Assembly (NCBI GenBank): GCA_018434355.1
Contig: JAHDPL010000020.1
Coordinates: forward strand, 182,255 to 246,254
Direction of reading: 5' to 3'
Source of the DNA: Sporomusaceae bacterium
GTDB taxonomy: Bacteria > Bacillota > Negativicutes > UBA1444
DNA: 64,000 bases
Notes under the pieces: generated by a model
Seen by the model: only the letters and a program-made list of their open reading frames with translations
What the model was told of the DNA's origin: nothing
Database searches by the model: none
Translations under genes and position numbers: made by a program
Shown here: positions 1 through 8,792 of the stretch, one piece after another
How the letters are laid out: each line of letters starts with the position of its first letter
Position numbering within the stretch: the first letter of the stretch is position 1

Positions 1-1362
1 CGTCTCAAGGTATTCGCCAGGCCGAACCGCTCCCTCGGTTAGAAACAGCAGCGCCGCATCCGACTGGCACAGGGCGTATTCCAGTTCATACGCCTTATAG
101 TTGGTGTTCAGCATCACCAGCGGCACGCCGACAAGGGCCGCGCCAAACTCCACCGGCAGGTATTCCGGCACATTCGGCGCCCAGATCGCCGCATGTTCAC
201 CGCGACCAACCCCCAGCGCCAGGATGGCCGCCGCCACTTGCCCGGCCTGTGCATTCAGTTCGGCGAAAGTGACCGTCAGATTGCGCAGCGGATACAATAG
301 CGCTGGTTTGTCCGGGAACAGCAAGGCCCGCCGCTGCAAAAACCCTCCCAATGTCCGGTCCGTCACCGAATGACGGTCTTGCCGCACCATATCCATGATT
401 TTTCGGGCCCGCCGCGTGAGCAGACAGATGCTGTCAAAATCCGGTTCCGCCAGTGTCTTTTGCATCAGCAACCCGTCCTCGTCAAACCAGCGCGGCAATG
501 CGCCGCCGAAGAAATAGCCCCGCGCGCGCAGCAAATCGACCGCAGCGCCGACCGCCGGCTCGCTGAGTCGCAAAAACAGCTGTTGCACGACGACGCCTGC
601 TGCCGAAGCTTCGCTTTCCAGCGCCGCCAGCCGAGCTTCAAAGTCAGCGCCGATTCGCTGCACGGTAATCCGACTGACAGCCGCGCCTGCAAAAATCGCG
701 ATTTCGGCCTGGGTTTCGCAGTCGTCGGGCAGTGGCGCCTTCGCCGGTTCAAAGCGGTGTCCGGCATTGATCGCCTCGTAAATGGTTCGCATTTGTTCCG
801 CGTATACCGGCGGCAGGTAAATAGTTTGCGTTTTGGCTTGGAACGAACGGAACACCAGCAGTGTAGAAACCCGCTTTGTCGAAGCCGCTTCCGGTCCAAA
901 CGCCTGTGTGTAGGACTCCGCCGGCATCAGGTCGACTTCCAGCCCGGTTTCGACATAACCGGTTTCCCGGGTCATCATCTGGGTAAACACATGGTTGCAG
1001 ACCGCCTCGCCCCAGATTTGCTCCAAACCATGCCGCTGCGGAATTTCCGCCAGCGCATAGTTCATCAGCGAAACTGCGATGTCCGTCTGCCGGTAATCAT
1101 GACGCACCATCAACTGTCCGTGTTCATACAGTTTGGGATTGGGCGGCGATGACCGATAAAAAGCCACATGGCCGACCACCTCGCCGCAGTCGGTCCGGGC
1201 CACCGCCCGCCAGCAATCGCCCTGCTGCTCCTGGCGGATGATCTCCTGCGGTTCGTAAACCGCTTTCACTGGATAATTGTCACCGTAAATCTCCCGGTAC
1301 AAATCGACGATCCCCGGCGCGTCAGCGGGCCGAAACTGGTCGAGTTTCCAACTCGGTTCCAT
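1..1362 (-). CDS. Partial CDS (5' part; continues past the window edge): N-terminal ~330-aa GNAT-like domain fused to an AMP-dependent synthetase/ligase domain
   Basis: Hand translation of the minus strand from ATG at 1362 stays open to position 1, so it is absent from the complete-ORF track. It gives ...FLQRRALLFPDKPALLY...TFAELNAQAGQVAAAILALGVGRGEHAAIWAPNVPEY..., typical of the N-terminal AMP-binding motif region, preceded by an acetyltransferase-like segment (VVGHVAFY...RHDYRQTDIAVSLMNYAL). Lies 8 nt upstream of the MATE gene. Confidence 0.45.
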   Translation of the reverse strand, partial: MEPSWKLDQFRPADAPGIVDLYREIYGDNYPVKAVYEPQEIIRQEQQGDCWRAVARTDCGEVVGHVAFYRSSPPNPKLYEHGQLMVRHDYRQTDIAVSLMNYALAEIPQRHGLEQIWGEAVCNHVFTQMMTRETGYVETGLEVDLMPAESYTQAFGPEAASTKRVSTLLVFRSFQAKTQTIYLPPVYAEQMRTIYEAINAGHRFEPAKAPLPDDCETQAEIAIFAGAAVSRITVQRIGADFEARLAALESEASAAGVVVQQLFLRLSEPAVGAAVDLLRARGYFFGGALPRWFDEDGLLMQKTLAEPDFDSICLLTRRARKIMDMVRQDRHSVTDRTLGGFLQRRALLFPDKPALLYPLRNLTVTFAELNAQAGQVAAAILALGVGRGEHAAIWAPNVPEYLPVEFGAALVGVPLVMLNTNYKAYELEYALCQSDAALLFLTEGAVRPGEYLET

Positions 1363-1370
1363 AACGATGT

Positions 1371-2750
1371 TCACGCTCCTTTTAGCTCCGACTTGGCCGG
1401 CGCAAGATTGCCTGTCGCCACCTGTTTACAGCAATCCCGCAGCAATCGGCGCAGTAAAACCAGCGCCAAAACAGCGGTTAAAGCGCTGGCAACCGGGTGA
1501 CTCCAGTAAACGCCTTGCTGGCCCCAGCGGTCGGCAAACCAGTCCGCCAGCGGCACTCGCAAACAGACCAGGTATACAAACATTTGCCCCATCATATAGA
1601 CCGGCCGTTTCATCCCCTGCGACATGCCGGCCACCGCCGACAGCAGCGGCATGAACAGGATCGACACCGCCGATGCCTGCATCGCGATGCCGCCGAGCAG
1701 TTTCAGTTCCGGAGTGGGCCGAAACAGGCCGATCGTCTGTTGCGGCAGGAAAAGGAACAGCAAGGACGCCGGAATAATCACGGCCCAGGAGACTTTCAGA
1801 AAAAACACCAACCCCTGCCGCACCCGTTCATAATCAAGCCGGCCCAGATTGAAACCGGTAAACGTCGCCAACGCATTGCCGAGACCCATGATCGGCAACA
1901 TCACCATCATTTCGCTGCGTGACATCAGATTCCAAGCGCCGACCGCCACCGCGCCGAAGCGGACCAAAATTCCGTTCAACAACATCAGCGCGATGGGACT
2001 GATAAGGTACGCCGCCGTAACAAACAACCCCTGTTTGAGGATTTGCCACCAGACCAGCAGATTGCCTGACGTCGGCAGCCATTGCAAACGCAAGCCAAAC
2101 ATCGCCTTGAGCCGATAACCGATATAAACCGCTGAAATGGATTGACCGACCAAGGTGGCCGCCGCTGCGCCGGCCACTCCCCAGTCAAGAACAAAAATGA
2201 ACAGCGGATCAAGTCCGATATTGAGGATATTCCCCAGCAGCATCGCCTTCATCGGCGTCACTGTGTCGCCGCGTGCCGTAAACAAGGCTTCCACCGCCAT
2301 CACATAGCCCATCGGAAAAAAACTTGCCGCCAGCCAGAAGATGAACCCCGTGCCATGAACCGCCGTGCCCGGGTCAGCGCCCAGCACCAGGTAGAAAGCC
2401 TGCCCGAGCGGCGCCAGCATCAACGGCGAAAACAAAGCCATACACAGCAGCATCAGCGGCAAAACAGCCGACGCAGTCTGTTGGGCGCCGTCCTCATCAC
2501 CGGACCCGCGGGAAAAACTCATCAATATCACACTGCCCATCGCCACGCCCTTGGCTAAAGACAGCGCCAGATAGGTCAATGGCAATGCCAGCGAAATCGC
2601 CGCCAACGGCGATTCTCCCAGCCAGGATACGAATACCGTATCAGCATAGGCGTACAAGTTTTGGAAAAACAGCGACACCATCAGCGGCAGCGCCAACCGG
2701 CCCAAAACGTGCGATACTTTGCCTTGCCCCATGTCAACCGCTTGCGGCAA
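1371..2750 (-). CDS. MATE family multidrug/oligosaccharidyl-lipid efflux transporter
   Basis: 459-aa polytopic membrane protein with the MATE-like N-terminus (LGRLALPLMVSLFFQNLYAYADTVFVSWLGESPLAAISLALPL) and a 12-TM hydrophobicity pattern. Confidence 0.8.
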   Translation of the reverse strand: MPQAVDMGQGKVSHVLGRLALPLMVSLFFQNLYAYADTVFVSWLGESPLAAISLALPLTYLALSLAKGVAMGSVILMSFSRGSGDEDGAQQTASAVLPLMLLCMALFSPLMLAPLGQAFYLVLGADPGTAVHGTGFIFWLAASFFPMGYVMAVEALFTARGDTVTPMKAMLLGNILNIGLDPLFIFVLDWGVAGAAAATLVGQSISAVYIGYRLKAMFGLRLQWLPTSGNLLVWWQILKQGLFVTAAYLISPIALMLLNGILVRFGAVAVGAWNLMSRSEMMVMLPIMGLGNALATFTGFNLGRLDYERVRQGLVFFLKVSWAVIIPASLLFLFLPQQTIGLFRPTPELKLLGGIAMQASAVSILFMPLLSAVAGMSQGMKRPVYMMGQMFVYLVCLRVPLADWFADRWGQQGVYWSHPVASALTAVLALVLLRRLLRDCCKQVATGNLAPAKSELKGA

Positions 2751-2888
2751 AACCCATCACTTCCTTACTCAGGTAAGTTTCGCCAGGCTCGCCGATTTAC
2801 CTGCAATCAAATGAAGTTTCGGCAGGATTTCCATAGTGGCTATCGTATTCTTAAATATGAAATGTGATTGTTGTGGAGATGAATTACA

Positions 2889-3989
2889 ATGCGCCGTCCA
2901 TTTCGCTTCGGTGTAATTAAGCGTTTCCTTATCACTATCGTTTGGATCGCTATTTATGCTTTGCTCCCTGCAAACGCAAGTGCCAGTCAGGTTTATGGCC
3001 ACCTGTATTTTGCTGAAATGATGCTGAGAACCGAACCTGGCAGTTATATTAACCGGCATGACAGCAGCCGCGCCGCTTTTCTGCTTGGCTCGCTTTCACC
3101 GGATTCTGCCTGGATTGCTCATATGCTAACCCAGCCTGAAGTTCGCTCTCGCTTGATGCAGCGCTATGAAGTCAAATTTCCGCGCAATCTGCCGGAACAC
3201 ACTTCTCATATCGAAGACATCCACCAGAAACTGCCCCGCCACTTCGCACTGCAACTTATCCGTGCTGCAGTCAGCGATAAAGAACAGGCATTCGCCATCG
3301 GCTGGTTATCGCATTATGCGGCTGACTCATACATGCATGACCTGATTAACCGGCATGGCGGCTTTGTTGAGGATTCAGACCATTTCGATTCGGCAGCGAT
3401 GAAGATGCACGATTATCTGGAAGCGCTGGAAATGCGGCATGTTTTTCAGCTTGATGGGGAGTTGCTGCGGAACGCTGCTGATGCAGCAAGTCACTCAAAA
3501 ATGCCGCTTAAGTTGTTGCAAGATGTTTTTGCCAATATCTATCCTAACAATCCCTATTTCACCGAACACAGTCAAGATTTCAACCGGTACATGACACTCT
3601 CGTCGAAGCTGATGCTCGACTCAACCCGTTGGTATGGTTATCAGTCCCAACACTCACCTATAGAAATTGAGCGGATCAAGCGACTGATCCGCCGGTTTCG
3701 CCCAAACCAGGGTAAATTGCTGGATATTTTGCCAAATCTGCCGACCATGCAACAATATGAAACAGAAAAGGCAAGTGGGCCATTTTTGCGGGCATGGCGA
3801 CAGCGATCACTTCAGCTTAATGAACGTTTTCATGCACTGCTTGTCAATGCAACTGCTTATTATTGGTGGCGGAGCCGCAGAAGTCCCCTGTCCCGGCAGA
3901 TTGCCGACCTCGCTATCGACCGTATTGACGCTGAACTGCAAGGGATGAATCCAGCCGATAACTTAATGCAACCGCGACAGGCGTATTAA
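2889..3989 (+). CDS. Secreted/membrane-anchored zinc-dependent phospholipase C-like protein
   Basis: N-terminal signal/TM segment (FLITIVWIAIYALLPANASA). GHLYFAEMML and SHYAADSYMHD resemble the H14 and HYxxD...MH zinc-ligand motifs of the Bacillus PLC/S1-P1 nuclease fold. Confidence 0.55.
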   Translation: MRRPFRFGVIKRFLITIVWIAIYALLPANASASQVYGHLYFAEMMLRTEPGSYINRHDSSRAAFLLGSLSPDSAWIAHMLTQPEVRSRLMQRYEVKFPRNLPEHTSHIEDIHQKLPRHFALQLIRAAVSDKEQAFAIGWLSHYAADSYMHDLINRHGGFVEDSDHFDSAAMKMHDYLEALEMRHVFQLDGELLRNAADAASHSKMPLKLLQDVFANIYPNNPYFTEHSQDFNRYMTLSSKLMLDSTRWYGYQSQHSPIEIERIKRLIRRFRPNQGKLLDILPNLPTMQQYETEKASGPFLRAWRQRSLQLNERFHALLVNATAYYWWRSRRSPLSRQIADLAIDRIDAELQGMNPADNLMQPRQAY

Positions 3990-4020
3990 TTCTGACGCCA
4001 AAATAGTCAGCGCAATAGAT

Positions 4021-4054
4021 AAAGGACGGAGCCGACAAAACGGCTCCGTCCTTT
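4021..4054. terminator. Bidirectional intrinsic-terminator hairpin between convergent genes
   Basis: Perfect inverted repeat aaaggacggagccg-acaaaa-cggctccgtccttt (14-bp stem, 6-nt loop), flanked by A/T runs on both sides. Confidence 0.6.
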
Positions 4055-4076
4055 ATCTGCAATGTTTTCCGTGCGT

Positions 4077-4832
4077 CTATTTGTCGAACAGCTTGCTCAG
4101 TGCAAACTTGTTCACCTGACGATTGAGTTTGGCGATGGAGGTGGTCAGCGGAATGCTCTTCGGACAGACTTCCACGCAGTTCTGCGCATTGCCGCAGCCG
4201 GCGATGCCGCCTGGGCCCATCAGGCCTTCCAGTCGGCCTTCCTTTTGCATCGCTCCGGTCGGATGCATATTCATCAGGTGCACCTGCGCCACCGGCGCAG
4301 GTCCGATGAACTCGGATTTGTCATTAAAATTAGGGCAGGCTTCCATGCAGCAACCACAGGTCATGCAGCGTGACAATGGATAGACCTCCTCTTGCTGCAC
4401 CCGCGACATACGCGGTCCCGGCCCCAGGTCGGCCGTCGTGTCGACCGCCACCCAGGCCTGGACTTTTTTCAGGTTGTCAAACATCTTCTGACGGTCGACA
4501 ATCAAGTCCCTGACTACCGGAAACTTGCTGAGCGGCGCCAGCGTAATCGGCTGCTCGATCTTATCGACCAGGCAGGAACAGGATTGACGGGGCTTGCCGT
4601 TGATCACCATCGCGCAGGCGCCGCAGACTTCTTCCAGACAGTTGCAGTCCCAGACCACCGGTTTGGTTTTTTTGCCTTCCTTGGTCACCGGGTTCTTCTG
4701 CACTTCCATCAAGGCGGATACCACATTCATCCCCAGCGACCAGGGAACGATGAATTCTTCGGTATACGGGGCGGAGTCCGGCGAATCCTGCCTTTGCACT
4801 ATCAGATGAACGGTTTTTTGTTGTTCGCTCAT
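4077..4832 (-). CDS. sdhB: Succinate dehydrogenase/fumarate reductase iron-sulfur subunit
   Basis: 251 aa with 2Fe-2S, 4Fe-4S and 3Fe-4S cysteine clusters (CNCLEEVCGAC, CMTCGCCMEACP, CGNAQNCVEVCP). Confidence 0.9.
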   Translation of the reverse strand: MSEQQKTVHLIVQRQDSPDSAPYTEEFIVPWSLGMNVVSALMEVQKNPVTKEGKKTKPVVWDCNCLEEVCGACAMVINGKPRQSCSCLVDKIEQPITLAPLSKFPVVRDLIVDRQKMFDNLKKVQAWVAVDTTADLGPGPRMSRVQQEEVYPLSRCMTCGCCMEACPNFNDKSEFIGPAPVAQVHLMNMHPTGAMQKEGRLEGLMGPGGIAGCGNAQNCVEVCPKSIPLTTSIAKLNRQVNKFALSKLFDK

Positions 4833-4833
4833 C

Positions 4834-6609
4834 TTATTTCGCCTCCTTTGCGGCCTGATCAGCGGCAGGTTTCTTGGTGTTGTCCACGTCGTAGCGACGG
4901 GCCCGCGGCTGAATCAGCGATGTGTCGACCGGATCATAACTGAACGACGGTCCGTCCGGAGTCCAGGCAGCCTTGGTCGTTTTCAGCCAGTTCTCGTCAT
5001 CCCGCTCAGGGAAGTCCGGCTTGAAGTGGCCGCCGCGACTCTCATTGCGGCGCAGGGCGCCCTGGGTGATCACGCGGGCCAGTTCCAGCATGTTCCACAG
5101 CTGGCGGGTGAACATCACTTCCTGGTTGGCGTGTTTCGACGAATCGCTGATGCCGATATGCTTCCAGCGCTCCTGCAGTTCCTGCAGTTTGTCGTCGGTT
5201 TCCTGCAACTTGTTGTTGTAGCGCTGAATCGTGACATTTTCGGTCATCCAGTCGCCCAGTTCACGATGAATCTTGAACGGATTCTCTTTGCCATCCATGC
5301 GGAGCAAGCTTTCGTATACGACTTCTTCCCGCTGTTTGGCCGACTGCACCGCACTGGATTCGATCGCCTTGCGTGCACCGCGTTCCTTGGCGAAATTGAC
5401 GGCCGAAGGACCGACCACCATGCCGCTGTAGGTCGCCGAAAGCAGCGAGTTACCACCGAGTCGGTTGGCGCCGTGGTACATGTAATCGCACTCGCCGGCG
5501 GCAAACAGGCCGGGGATGTTGGTCATGTGGCCATAGTCCGTCCACAGGCCGCCCATCGAATAGTGCATCGAGGGGAAGATCTTCATCGGCACTTTACGTG
5601 GATCTTCGCCGACGAAGTTTTCGTAGATTTCGATGATCGCACCCAGTTTGCGGTCGATTTCTTTTGGATCGAGATGCGTCAGGTCCAGGTTGACAAGGTT
5701 TTCCCCGTTCAAGCCGAGACCCATTTCGGTACAGACCTTGAAAATCGCCCGGGCGGCAATGTCGCGCGGCACCAAGTTGCCGTAGGCAGGGTACCATTCT
5801 TCAAGAAAATACCAGGGTTTGCCGTCTTTATAAGTCCAGATGCGGCCGCCTTCGCCGCGAGCCGATTCCGACATCAGGCGGCGTTTGTCTTCGCCTGGCA
5901 ATGCAGTCGGGTGAATCTGGATGAACTCGCCGTTACCAAATATCGATCCTTGCTGATAAGCGATCGAAGCGGCCGAGCCGGTCGAAATGGTGCCGTTGGT
6001 GCTGCGACCGAACACCATGCCCAGACCGCCGGTCGCCAAAATCACCGCGTCGGCGGTAAAGGCTTCCATTCGCATGTCGTACATGTTTTGGGCCACGATG
6101 CCGCGGCACTCGCCGTTATCGTCAAGAATCAGGCGGACAAATTCCCACTGCTCGAACTTTTTGACCTGTTTCTGCTCTTCATAGCGCCGCACTTGCTCAT
6201 CCAGTACATAGAGCAGCTGCTGGCCGGTACTGGCGCCGGAGAACGCGGTCCGGGTATGTTTGGTGCCGCCGAAGGGTCGCAGGTCAAGCAGTCCTTCCGG
6301 CGTACGGGTGAACATCATGCCCATGCGGTCCAGCAGATGAATCAGGCCGGGCGCCGCATCGCACATCGCCTTAACCGGCGGCTGGTTGGCCAGGAAGTCG
6401 CCGCCAAGCACCGTATCTTCAAAATGCTGGCGGGTCGAGTCGTTTTGCCCTTTGGTGTTGAGAGCGCCGTTGATGCCGCCCTGGGCGCAGGCCGTATGCG
6501 AACGCTTGACCGGCACCATCGAGAACAGTTCCACATTTTGTTTCAGTTCCGCGATGCGCACCGCCGCCATCAGGCCGGCTGCACCGCCGCCAACTATGAT
6601 AAATTTCAT
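4834..6609 (-). CDS. sdhA: Succinate dehydrogenase/fumarate reductase flavoprotein subunit
   Basis: 591 aa with the FAD-binding N-terminus MKFIIVGGGAAGLMAA and a covalent-FAD histidine context (RSHTACAQGGINGA). Its start lies 2 nt after the sdhB stop. Confidence 0.9.
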   Translation of the reverse strand: MKFIIVGGGAAGLMAAVRIAELKQNVELFSMVPVKRSHTACAQGGINGALNTKGQNDSTRQHFEDTVLGGDFLANQPPVKAMCDAAPGLIHLLDRMGMMFTRTPEGLLDLRPFGGTKHTRTAFSGASTGQQLLYVLDEQVRRYEEQKQVKKFEQWEFVRLILDDNGECRGIVAQNMYDMRMEAFTADAVILATGGLGMVFGRSTNGTISTGSAASIAYQQGSIFGNGEFIQIHPTALPGEDKRRLMSESARGEGGRIWTYKDGKPWYFLEEWYPAYGNLVPRDIAARAIFKVCTEMGLGLNGENLVNLDLTHLDPKEIDRKLGAIIEIYENFVGEDPRKVPMKIFPSMHYSMGGLWTDYGHMTNIPGLFAAGECDYMYHGANRLGGNSLLSATYSGMVVGPSAVNFAKERGARKAIESSAVQSAKQREEVVYESLLRMDGKENPFKIHRELGDWMTENVTIQRYNNKLQETDDKLQELQERWKHIGISDSSKHANQEVMFTRQLWNMLELARVITQGALRRNESRGGHFKPDFPERDDENWLKTTKAAWTPDGPSFSYDPVDTSLIQPRARRYDVDNTKKPAADQAAKEAK

Positions 6610-6624
6610 CTTCGCACCGTCCTC

Positions 6625-7236
6625 CTATACCCGGAAATAGGTGAGCGCCACGAGTCCGCTGACACTAAGCAGCGCACACAGGCCCCACGCAGCATACTGA
6701 CTGAACCTCTGGGCCCTCGGCCCGACGGTGATTCCCCAGGTGATCAGGAACGTCCACAGTCCGTTGGTCAGGTGGAATATCGCACAGACCAGACCCAGCG
6801 CGTGCAGGCCGAGAACAACCGGGTCGGCGAAGATCTTGGCCACCTTGTCAAAGGTCGTTACCTGTCCCAGCCCGGCGCCGCCGAAACGGAACAGCCAGAC
6901 ATGCCAGGAAACGAAAGCGATCGTGATGTAGGCCGTGATCCGTTGCAGGTAAAAATTCCAGTTACGAGCATAAGAATAGGCCAATACATTGTTTTTCGAC
7001 TCAAACGCAATCACAATTCCATACAAGCCATGAAACAACAGCGGCACGGCGATGAACAGGATTTCCAGCGCATACAACAGCGGCAAGCTTTGCAAAAAAG
7101 CCGTGGCCGCATCGAACGCTTTCGGGCCGACGATGGCCCGGCTGATTGTAAAAACATGCTCCAACAGGAAAAAGGTCAGTGGCACGACTCCCAGCAGGGA
7201 GTGTATCCGTTTCAGATAGAACTCATTGGTATTCAA
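6625..7236 (-). CDS. sdhC: Succinate dehydrogenase/fumarate reductase cytochrome b membrane anchor (Bacillus-type 5-TM SdhC)
   Basis: 203-aa, five-TM protein with conserved His residues, located immediately upstream of sdhA. Confidence 0.75.
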   Translation of the reverse strand: MNTNEFYLKRIHSLLGVVPLTFFLLEHVFTISRAIVGPKAFDAATAFLQSLPLLYALEILFIAVPLLFHGLYGIVIAFESKNNVLAYSYARNWNFYLQRITAYITIAFVSWHVWLFRFGGAGLGQVTTFDKVAKIFADPVVLGLHALGLVCAIFHLTNGLWTFLITWGITVGPRAQRFSQYAAWGLCALLSVSGLVALTYFRV

Positions 7237-7266
7237 CGCTGCATCCCCTCCTTGTTTTTGGGCCGA

Positions 7267-7827
7267 CTATTCCTGAACGTACGGGGCCTGGCCGACCTGA
7301 TAGAAATCCTTGCCGTCCGAGTCCATGACCACGATCGCCGGAAAATCTTCCACCGTCATGCTGGCGACCGCTTCCGGTCCCAGCTCGCCGTAGGCAAGGA
7401 CTTTGTATTCCTTGATCCGTTTGGCGATCAGGGCACCGGCGCCGCCGACCGCGGCAAAGTAAACTACGCCATGCTTTTTCATTGCGTCGATAACGGCCTG
7501 GCTGCGATTGCCTTTGCCAATCATGCCGCGCAGCCCCTGTTCAATCAGTCGCGGCGTGTAACTATCCATCCGACCGGAAGTGGTCGGTCCGGCGGAGCCG
7601 ATCGGCTCGCCCGGTTTGGCCGGCGACGGGCCGACATAATAAACGACCTGGTTTTTCAAGTCGACAGGCAGCGGCTGTCCCGCGTCCAGTGCTTCCACCA
7701 TCAGTTTGTGCGCAGCGTCGCGGGCAGCGATAATCGTGCCCGAAATCAACACGCTATCGCCGGCTTTCAGCGAGCGGGCGACGGATTCATCAAACGGCGC
7801 AGTGATACGAATCGGATGTTTTGCCAT
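7267..7827 (-). CDS. fumB: Class I (Fe-S) fumarate hydratase, beta subunit
   Basis: The track ORF is extended at the N-terminus. The true start is MAKHPIRITAPFDESVARSLKAGD, preceded by an aggagga RBS. Belongs to the Fe-S hydro-lyase tartrate/fumarate beta family. Confidence 0.85.
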   Translation of the reverse strand: MAKHPIRITAPFDESVARSLKAGDSVLISGTIIAARDAAHKLMVEALDAGQPLPVDLKNQVVYYVGPSPAKPGEPIGSAGPTTSGRMDSYTPRLIEQGLRGMIGKGNRSQAVIDAMKKHGVVYFAAVGGAGALIAKRIKEYKVLAYGELGPEAVASMTVEDFPAIVVMDSDGKDFYQVGQAPYVQE

Positions 7828-7841
7828 CTCTCCCACTCCTC

Positions 7842-8687
7842 CTACAACTCTACTTCGGCGTGCCGGGCCGCGTGACAGTTGATGTTGACCGCGACAGGCA
7901 AGCTGGCGATATGTGTGGGGTACCATTCAATATTCACTTTGAGAGCGGTAGTCCGGCCGCCCAAGCCTTGCGGACCGATGCCGGTCTTATTGATCAACTC
8001 GAGCAGTTCTTCTTCCAGCGCCGCATAACGCGGGTCGGCATTGCGACTTTCGATGTCGCGGGCTGCGGCGCGTTTGGCGCAAATCGCCGCCATTTCCATC
8101 GTGCCGCCAAGACCGACGCCGATGACCATCGGCGGGCAAGAGTTCGAACCGGCCGCCTTGACTACATCGACCACAAATTTTTTCACGCCGGCCACGCCAT
8201 CAGCCGGCACCATCATCTTCAGCGCACTCTTGTTTTCCGAGCCAGCCCCTTTGGGAGCCAGTTTGATTTTCACTTTGTCGCCGGGCACGATCCGGGTATG
8301 AATCACCGCCGGTGTGTTGTTCTTGGTGTTTGTGCGGTCAAACAGCGGCTCCGCCACGGCCGATTTACGCAAATAGTATTCGACATAACCCTTGGCGACT
8401 CCTGCATGGATGGCCTCGTCCAGCGCACCGCCGGTCAGGTGCACCTCCTGCCCGACATCGACAAACACGATGGCCAGACCGGTATCCTGGCAGATCGGCA
8501 TGTCCTCGTTTCGGGCAATGTCGGCATTCTCCAACAGTTGGCCCAAAATCTCCTGCCCGCTGGGGGAAGGTTCATTGGCGCGAGCTTTCTGAAACGCCTC
8601 ATAAACATCCTGCGGCAGATAACAGTTGGCCTGTTTGGCCAGTTGGGCAACGGCCTCCGTGATTGTCGACACCTGCAGCTCTCGCAT
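7842..8687 (-). CDS. fumA: Class I (Fe-S) fumarate hydratase, alpha subunit
   Basis: 281 aa containing ICQDTGLAIVFVDVGQEV and a C-terminal Cys ligand region (CHAARHAE), typical of the Fe-S hydro-lyase alpha subunit. Confidence 0.85.
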   Translation of the reverse strand: MRELQVSTITEAVAQLAKQANCYLPQDVYEAFQKARANEPSPSGQEILGQLLENADIARNEDMPICQDTGLAIVFVDVGQEVHLTGGALDEAIHAGVAKGYVEYYLRKSAVAEPLFDRTNTKNNTPAVIHTRIVPGDKVKIKLAPKGAGSENKSALKMMVPADGVAGVKKFVVDVVKAAGSNSCPPMVIGVGLGGTMEMAAICAKRAAARDIESRNADPRYAALEEELLELINKTGIGPQGLGGRTTALKVNIEWYPTHIASLPVAVNINCHAARHAEVEL

Positions 8688-8723
8688 ACGCTTCCCTTCT
8701 TTCCTGCTTATTTAATAATAAAT

Positions 8724-8783
8724 GACTATGCCTTTGACCGGAGGTTACTCACAACAAAAACTTTACCAGCCAAAGGCATAGTC
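8724..8783 (-). terminator. 13-bp perfect inverted repeat (gactatgcctttg ... caaaggcatagtc). Probable terminator of the DASS-transporter transcript and/or an operator in front of fumA.
   Basis: Seen directly in the sequence. In the minus sense it is followed by AUUUAUUAUUAAAU. It lies 36 nt upstream of the fumA start codon. Confidence 0.4.
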
Positions 8784-8792
8784 TATATTATT

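Noticed and set aside
370-1152. 260-aa plus-strand ORF, and a 144-aa minus-strand ORF at 465-899, at the window start
   Set aside because: Both are out of frame with, or antisense to, the hand-translated GNAT/AMP-ligase gene. Their composition is Arg-rich and non-protein-like.
5026-7875. 949-aa ORF on the plus strand spanning the region antisense to sdhA, sdhC and fumB
   Set aside because: The translation is low-complexity (Arg/His/Gly/Asp-rich) and lacks an RBS. It is entirely antisense to three well-supported genes. This is a typical high-GC antisense frame artefact.
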